Assembly (NCBI RefSeq): GCF_048593235.1
Contig: NC_133620.1
Location: 295,321,765 to 295,385,764, forward strand
Length of the DNA: 64,000 bases
Source: Sminthopsis crassicaudata
Lineage: Eukaryota
Direction of reading: 5' to 3'
The position numbers and the translations under genes were made by a program. Positions 58,791 to 64,000 of the stretch are shown here, piece after piece. The stretch's first letter is position 1, and each line of letters opens with the position of its first letter. The notes beneath the pieces are model-generated. The model had not been told where the DNA came from, made no database searches, and was given only the letters and a program-made list of their open reading frames with translations.

Positions 58791-59205
58791 ATTTAAAAAC
58801 TAAATAAGTTTAAATAAGTTAAAGGAGAGGAGAGGAAGGAAGGATTTTAAAGGAAGAATTACAAATAAATTGACGTAAACTAGGGGAAAAACTGGGGGAA
58901 AATGACAAAAGGAATAGGGAAAATGGAAGAATTTTTTAAATTTTGAATTCCACATTCTTTCCTTTCTTCACCCATTAAAGTGGCAAGCAATATGATACCC
59001 ATTATATCAATGAAGTCATTCAAAACATTTTTGTGGTAGCCATTTTGGGCTTGTGGGGAAGAGGAGGAGACAAAAAGCAATGAAAATGAAAAATAATTTT
59101 CTTTGATCTGCACTCAGGTCTCTCTCTGGAGATGAATGGCATTTTTCATCATGAATCCTTTTCGAATTGCCTTACATCATTGTGTTGATCAGAAAAATTA
59201 GGTCT

Positions 59206-59362
59206 GGGGGCAGCTAGGTGGTGCAGTGGATAGAGCACCAACTCTGAAGTCAGGAGGACCTGAGTCCAAATCTGGTACCAGACACTTAATTCTTCCTAGC
59301 TGTGTGACCCTGCTCAAGTCACTTAACCCCAATTGCCTCAGTAAGGGGAAAAAAAAAAAAAA
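59206..59362 (+). mobile_element. WSINE1-like CORE-SINE
   Basis: gggggcagctaggtggtgcagtggatagagcacc...gacctgagtccaaat...aagtcacttaaccccaattgcctca followed by an A-tail. Confidence 0.88.
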
Positions 59363-59423
59363 GACCAAAAAAAGTTAACCATCATTATCTTAGAGCTATT
59401 TCTTTGTATAGTGTTCTGCTCCC

Positions 59424-60814
59424 TGACGAAGGGACCCTGAAACTCTAAAACTCCTTGAAGGACAAGATTCTCCCTGAATCCTAGCCTCTGTAAAAGATCC
59501 TGAGAGACAGGTACCACCCCCATTGATAACACTCACTACTGATTAAGCTTCCTATTGAATTAAAGAAAAATTCATTCAATTCTATTCCATTCCAGCTCAA
59601 GCTGTACCCAGCCTCATCAAAAACTGCCCTCAGCTTGTAGCCAAAGGTGTCTATTATAAAAGAGTCAACTTTAAATTTACTCCTCACAGAGGAGCTAATA
59701 ATGCCAGCCTTGAAAAGCAGCAAAACTCTGTCCCTTGGAATGACATTCTCTTTCAGCATTACCCTCTCACTTAATGAGTGAAGAAAAGAAAGAATGTGAA
59801 TCCTCACCTATTTCCCTATTGAGGCTTTATGCCCCTCTGTTGGGATCTCTCTGATGAGATATAATCAAATGTTGAGGTCTAAATAAGGGATACCTAAATA
59901 AAATTAGCATTAATTGTGGTCTAGTGGCAGGTTTGGGGTACAGGGAGTCAAGTGGAGCTCCCCTGCAACCCCTTTGGATTCGGTGCAAGGATACATGTGC
60001 GAGAGTCCCCTGTAAAGGAATTTACAGGCTCAAAAACCTAGATTGAAAAAAAAAAAGTTTATTGTAGGGTTTGGAAGTAAGGTTAAGTCTGGTTAGTAAA
60101 AGGTATTAGATAGAGGAAGAAATACACCAGAAGTGGTGGGACAGAGAGTCTGTGATGCAAAGCATGGTGCTGGCATGTTTCAACTCTCTGCCAAGGGATG
60201 ATTCCAGCTTGGCTCTTTTATTTGCTTGAAGGGGCCTATGGGTGGAGTCCAGGTTGATTCCTTGAGGGCCAGAACCCACCAAGTGGAGGTTGGGAAACCT
60301 GAGCAGATCATTAGAATGGGGGCTGGGTACAGCCCAAACTGGCTCAGATCCGGATCTCTCCCCTTGGAATACAAAAGGATGGTTTTGACCAGATCTTGTA
60401 AATCAAAGGTCAGTTCCAAAGGAAGTTGGAGATCAGAAAAGGAATCTTAAAGGTGGCTATGCCCGCATCATCTCTACTAGAAACTTTGCTTCTCTGCCAG
60501 GACTCTTCCACTACTTTACTCCCCTGTTGGGACTTTGCCACTAAGGAATTCAGTCCTTCTACTCATGCATAGCAAAGGCTGACTTCCCAATGCCAAAAAT
60601 AAATTTCTTTTTATCAGTCTAGCTTTTTAGGTGTGTAAATTCCTTTACGAAGAACCTCTGCAGCACCAGAAGGGGATTCCCACAACTCCCTACCTTGTGC
60701 CAATCCTAAGGGGGTTTAGGGGAACCAAACCTCTTCATTTGGTTCCATGAACTCCAAACCTGCCACTAACCTCATCATCTAACTCTCTGACCACCAAGAA
60801 TCATAATCTCATCA
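59424..60814 (+). mobile_element. ERV 5' LTR split by the inserted LTR at 59852-60470, followed by a tRNA-Glu primer-binding site (60817-60834)
   Basis: Start TGACG (tentative), TATA-like tattataaaa ~59653, AATAAA at 60598, end ATCTCATCA. TGGTTCCCTCACTGGGAA matches the tRNA-Glu primer site TGGTTCCCTGACCGGGAA at 16/18. Confidence 0.65.
59852..60470 (-). mobile_element. Solo ERV LTR (class I-like) nested in inverted orientation
   Basis: Minus-strand termini TGATG...ATCTCATCA; AATAAA at 60058-60063 (minus); 4-bp TSD TCTC at 59848-59851 and 60471-60474. Confidence 0.8.
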
Positions 60815-61019
60815 TTTGGTTCCCTCACTGGGAACCCCAAAATCTAGATCTCATCAACTTCACTTTTTATCAGTTTGCATATATTTTTCTGGGGCCATCT
60901 TGCTCATCATTTCTTGTGGCATGATGGTATTCCATCACAATTGTATGCTCCAGCTTTAGATTTCTGCCCGTCCCTTGAAAATTGAAGATGCAATTAAAAT
61001 GCATATCCTTCAGATCTTA

Positions 61020-61480
61020 TAACCTCAAGGTCAAAATTATTTTCATAATAAAACTAAGACATTATTTGCCTATTAAAATACTCCTCCCTTTTTCTAGCTA
61101 TATATCTGAGACCATCTTTTCTTTGTATACTTCAACAAAAACAAAGTATTCCAACAGATAAAATGCAAAAGCAATTACGAAAATCCAGCTGTCTTCTATT
61201 TAGCAGACATTAAAAAGATTTTAATGCTACTCTTTCTCACTAAATGATTTATTTTTTGAAAATATCATTATTTTTCACTTTAAAAGTTTATTTGTATTGA
61301 AGTATAAGGGGTTTGTTATTATTTTGATGAATGTTTTTTAAATTATGTTTTAATTTTCGACATGGCAAATATCTATAGATATAGTTCATATAAACAAACG
61401 CTCTTGGGGGGGGGGAGAGGAGTCCTCAATGATTTTTAAGAATGTAAAGGAGTCCTGAAACTAAAAATTTTGAAATCCAA
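61020..61480 (+). mobile_element. Charlie1-type hAT DNA transposon 3' end
   Basis: atacttcaacaaaaacaaagtattccaacaga...aatccagctgtcttctatt...cagacattaaa and gtcctcaatgatttttaagaatgtaaaggagtcctga resemble the Charlie1 end (from memory). Confidence 0.65.
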
Positions 61481-61989
61481 GGTAATCCTAGAGATTTTTC
61501 CCTCCTGCTTTGATATTCTATTAATACTGACTCTAGCCACATGGGGGCAATAGGGAGAATCAAATTCAATAAGTATTCTTATTTTTCAACCTGCCTTTAG
61601 CAGATTGTTTATGGATAGGTGGTTCATGGGATCATAGGATTTAGGGATCTAAAAAATCTTAGAGTTTAACTATCTCCTTTTCCACACAAGAAATGGAAGT
61701 CCAAGGAGTGACTTGCAAAAAGTAGGCAGCTCTGTATTAAAGCAGGGTATACTTTGTTGTGATAAGACTTTATTATGACTATTCTCTACCTCTCTTACTA
61801 TTTTTTACTATGACTGTTCTTTACCTCTCCTCGCTTCAATTTCCTTATGTGGAAAACTGAAATATTAATACTTATGAGCCTTCACAAATATTTTATTCAA
61901 TTCAATTCAATAAGCAATTTAGATTGCCTAAAGTGCAAGAGAGGTATTCCGCCTACACATGGGACAGGAATGGTCTCCTCTGTTGGTTT

Positions 61990-62930
61990 TGTAGCCAGAA
62001 ATGCTGCCAGATTGAAACAGTCTCTCTCTTTTCTGTATTTTTTTTCTTTCAGGCTATTTCCTACTTCATCCAGAGGTTAAAGATAATCAGTTCACCCACT
62101 GAACAGCTGCCATGAACGGAACCAATAAGATGAGAAAGACTTATTTCCCCTGTTTCTCTGTTTCACCCTTGCTCTAATAAGTAAGTTTCTGTTCTGTTCC
62201 ATCACTCCTTCTTAGTTTCAGGTGCTGGTGAAGATCCCACCAGGTCTGGATGTTTGAGCCATGGTAACCAAGGAGCAAGGATTGCAGAAAGCCAGCCAGA
62301 TTGGCAGGGAAACTGCAACAAGTCTGGCTGCCTTTGATTCCAGCCTGAAGAAGATTGTGAACTTGGAACTGGAACTGTGCTCTATAGAAAGAGAACTAAG
62401 ATATAAACCTAATCTCTTCCCCTCCCCAGAAGCAGGTGGTGGGTACAAGGTGACAAAGAAAGTGTGTGTGGGGAAAGTAAATTTGCATACCTTTTAAAGT
62501 AAAAGTTAATCCCAGTAGTTAAAAGGAACTGGCTTGTAGGGGAACTACCTCCTAAATTTAGTGGGAAAGTATCTGTGATTGTTGGAACCATTTGCAGAGA
62601 GCCTCTATGTCTCTATTTGAGATATCTCCAGCCAACCCAAAAAGATATCAAAGAACCGTGTGGGAGGAGTGAGATGTAACCTTTCTGGCCTGCAAACAGT
62701 GGGAGCTAGGATTTTTAGCTGCTGTTGCTGTTGTCTCTCCAGACTTAGCCAGGTTTATCCTAAGACTGTTGATATGATCTCACTTGCAGTCTGGTAGAAC
62801 TTGACAGAGCTCATGATCCAGTAACATGATCTTAGAGAATTTAGAGTTTTAACTCCAAGACATGACATGATGATTTTGAGTGCAAGAGGAAAAGGGGAGT
62901 AGAATTTATGATTTGTGCAGAGCTGCTACA
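61990..62930. mobile_element. Possible old LTR
   Basis: Terminal inverted TGTAGC...GCTACA; no TSD seen. Confidence 0.3.
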
Positions 62931-63369
62931 AGATGCTTGTCACCATGGAGTGTTATTAATGTATTAATATGGTTTTGCTTTATTAGAATAGGATTGGCTT
63001 CAGACTAACAAGTTATATATTGTAAAAATAAGTACTTTATTAAAAACTTTAACAAATGGCAAACCCATAAAACTTAGATTTACAACTTTTGGTTGAAAAG
63101 AGATCTGTGATTTCATTGATATATAGGACATCTGGTGAAAAAACTTTTTAATGCCAATTTAAAATAAAATTTTATTCTTCAGTACAAAAATTGCATTTCC
63201 ATTACTTTGTATTGATAAAGTACCATGTTCACTTTTATCCCTCTGTACACAATCAAGCTTTCTTACTGCCTAGAATGTACACAACTCAGCATTTATGTTT
63301 ACCATTTCGCCAGCTTTGGTGACAAAAAAAAAAAAAAACACAAACATACAAAAACAGCCATGTAGATGC

Positions 63370-63372
<3 letters not shown>

Positions 63373-63410
<38 letters not shown>
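63373..63410. repeat. (GT)n microsatellite
   Basis: About 19 GT units read directly. Confidence 0.95.
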
Positions 63411-63412
<2 letters not shown>

Positions 63413-63867
63413 TCCAGAAAAGCATTTCTGGATGGGGCAGCTCCACAGTTGGGAGTCCACCTGCCATGCCCCTTATACTCTGATATAGCTTAGTGATAGA
63501 TTACAAATGCCTCGAAATTTAATTCTATTTTGTTGATGTTTAAATTTTTTTCTTTTCAGCAGTCTAGTCCTTATTAAACTAGTTATCATTCCATTTTTTT
63601 TTTTTTTTTTTGGTCTTATGTGTTTACCCTTACAAAATTGCCAGTTTTGCATCGAAAGTTTCTCACTCTTCACTGTAGCCTTCTTCCTGAAAACATTGAG
63701 ATTCAAGTAAATTCCTGGAAGACACCTTGTTTTTCTGCTTGCTTCAGCCTTGCATTTCTTAGCTTCCTGTTTTTCTTTGACAATCTTTGTCACTGATGAT
63801 AGTGATACCGGCCTCTTTATCTGTGCTCTCATCCATAGCAGATACATAGCTAAAGTTAAATTTCTGC

Positions 63868-63993
63868 AGCAGCTAGGTCGAGTAGTGGATAGAGCATCAG
63901 CCCTGGAGTGAAAAAGACCTGGGTTCAAATGTGACCTCATACACTTAACACTTATTGTGTGACCTTGGGCAAGTTACTTAATCCTAGTTGCTT
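63868..63993 (+). mobile_element. WSINE1-like CORE-SINE
   Basis: gcagctaggtcgagtagtggatagagcatcagccctggag...gggttcaaat...gggcaagttacttaatcc. Confidence 0.8.
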
Positions 63994-64000
63994 GGGAGGA

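Noticed and set aside
61770-61829. ~35-bp tandem duplication (ttattatgactattctctacctctc / ttactatgactgttctttacctctc)
   Set aside because: Two diverged copies in repeat-rich DNA, with no sign of function or array structure.
63473-63940. 155-aa minus-strand ORF
   Set aside because: It starts inside a SINE and runs through an A18 tract. Any real homology is more likely in other, frameshifted frames (see the retrocopy finding).

Overview
A eukaryotic (marsupial) genomic window with seven intact protein-coding genes in the same order and relative orientation as human 17p13.2: CAMTA2(+), SPAG7(+), ENO3(-), PFN1(+), RNF167(-), SLC25A11(+) and GP1BA(-). I reconstructed each exon chain by hand from GT-AG boundaries and phase continuity, and all seven give complete frames. 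The repeats (WSINE1-like CORE-SINEs, marsupial L1 3' ends, an OC1-like hAT MITE) suggest a dasyurid-type marsupial; this is an inference. The last ~10.5 kb is gene-free and holds L1 fragments, ERV LTRs with tRNA primer-binding sites, a Charlie fragment and two candidate decayed retrocopies. The strongest leads are these. (1) GP1BA has GTG where human has its start ATG, and an in-frame ATG sits right at an upstream splice donor, so exon 1 appears to be coding. (2) The GPIb-alpha mucin stalk is built from a ~44-aa (132-135 bp) repeat rather than the human 13-aa VNTR. (3) One LTR is inserted in inverted orientation inside a related LTR, with a target-site duplication (TSD) and a tRNA-Glu primer-binding site. 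(4) There is an 87-nt near-perfect hairpin. (5) SPAG7 intron 1 contains a CpG/NF-Y/Z-DNA promoter-like island. (6) CAMTA2 keeps a 21-nt microexon between its IQ motifs. All comparisons with human proteins and repeat consensus sequences are from memory, not from database searches.
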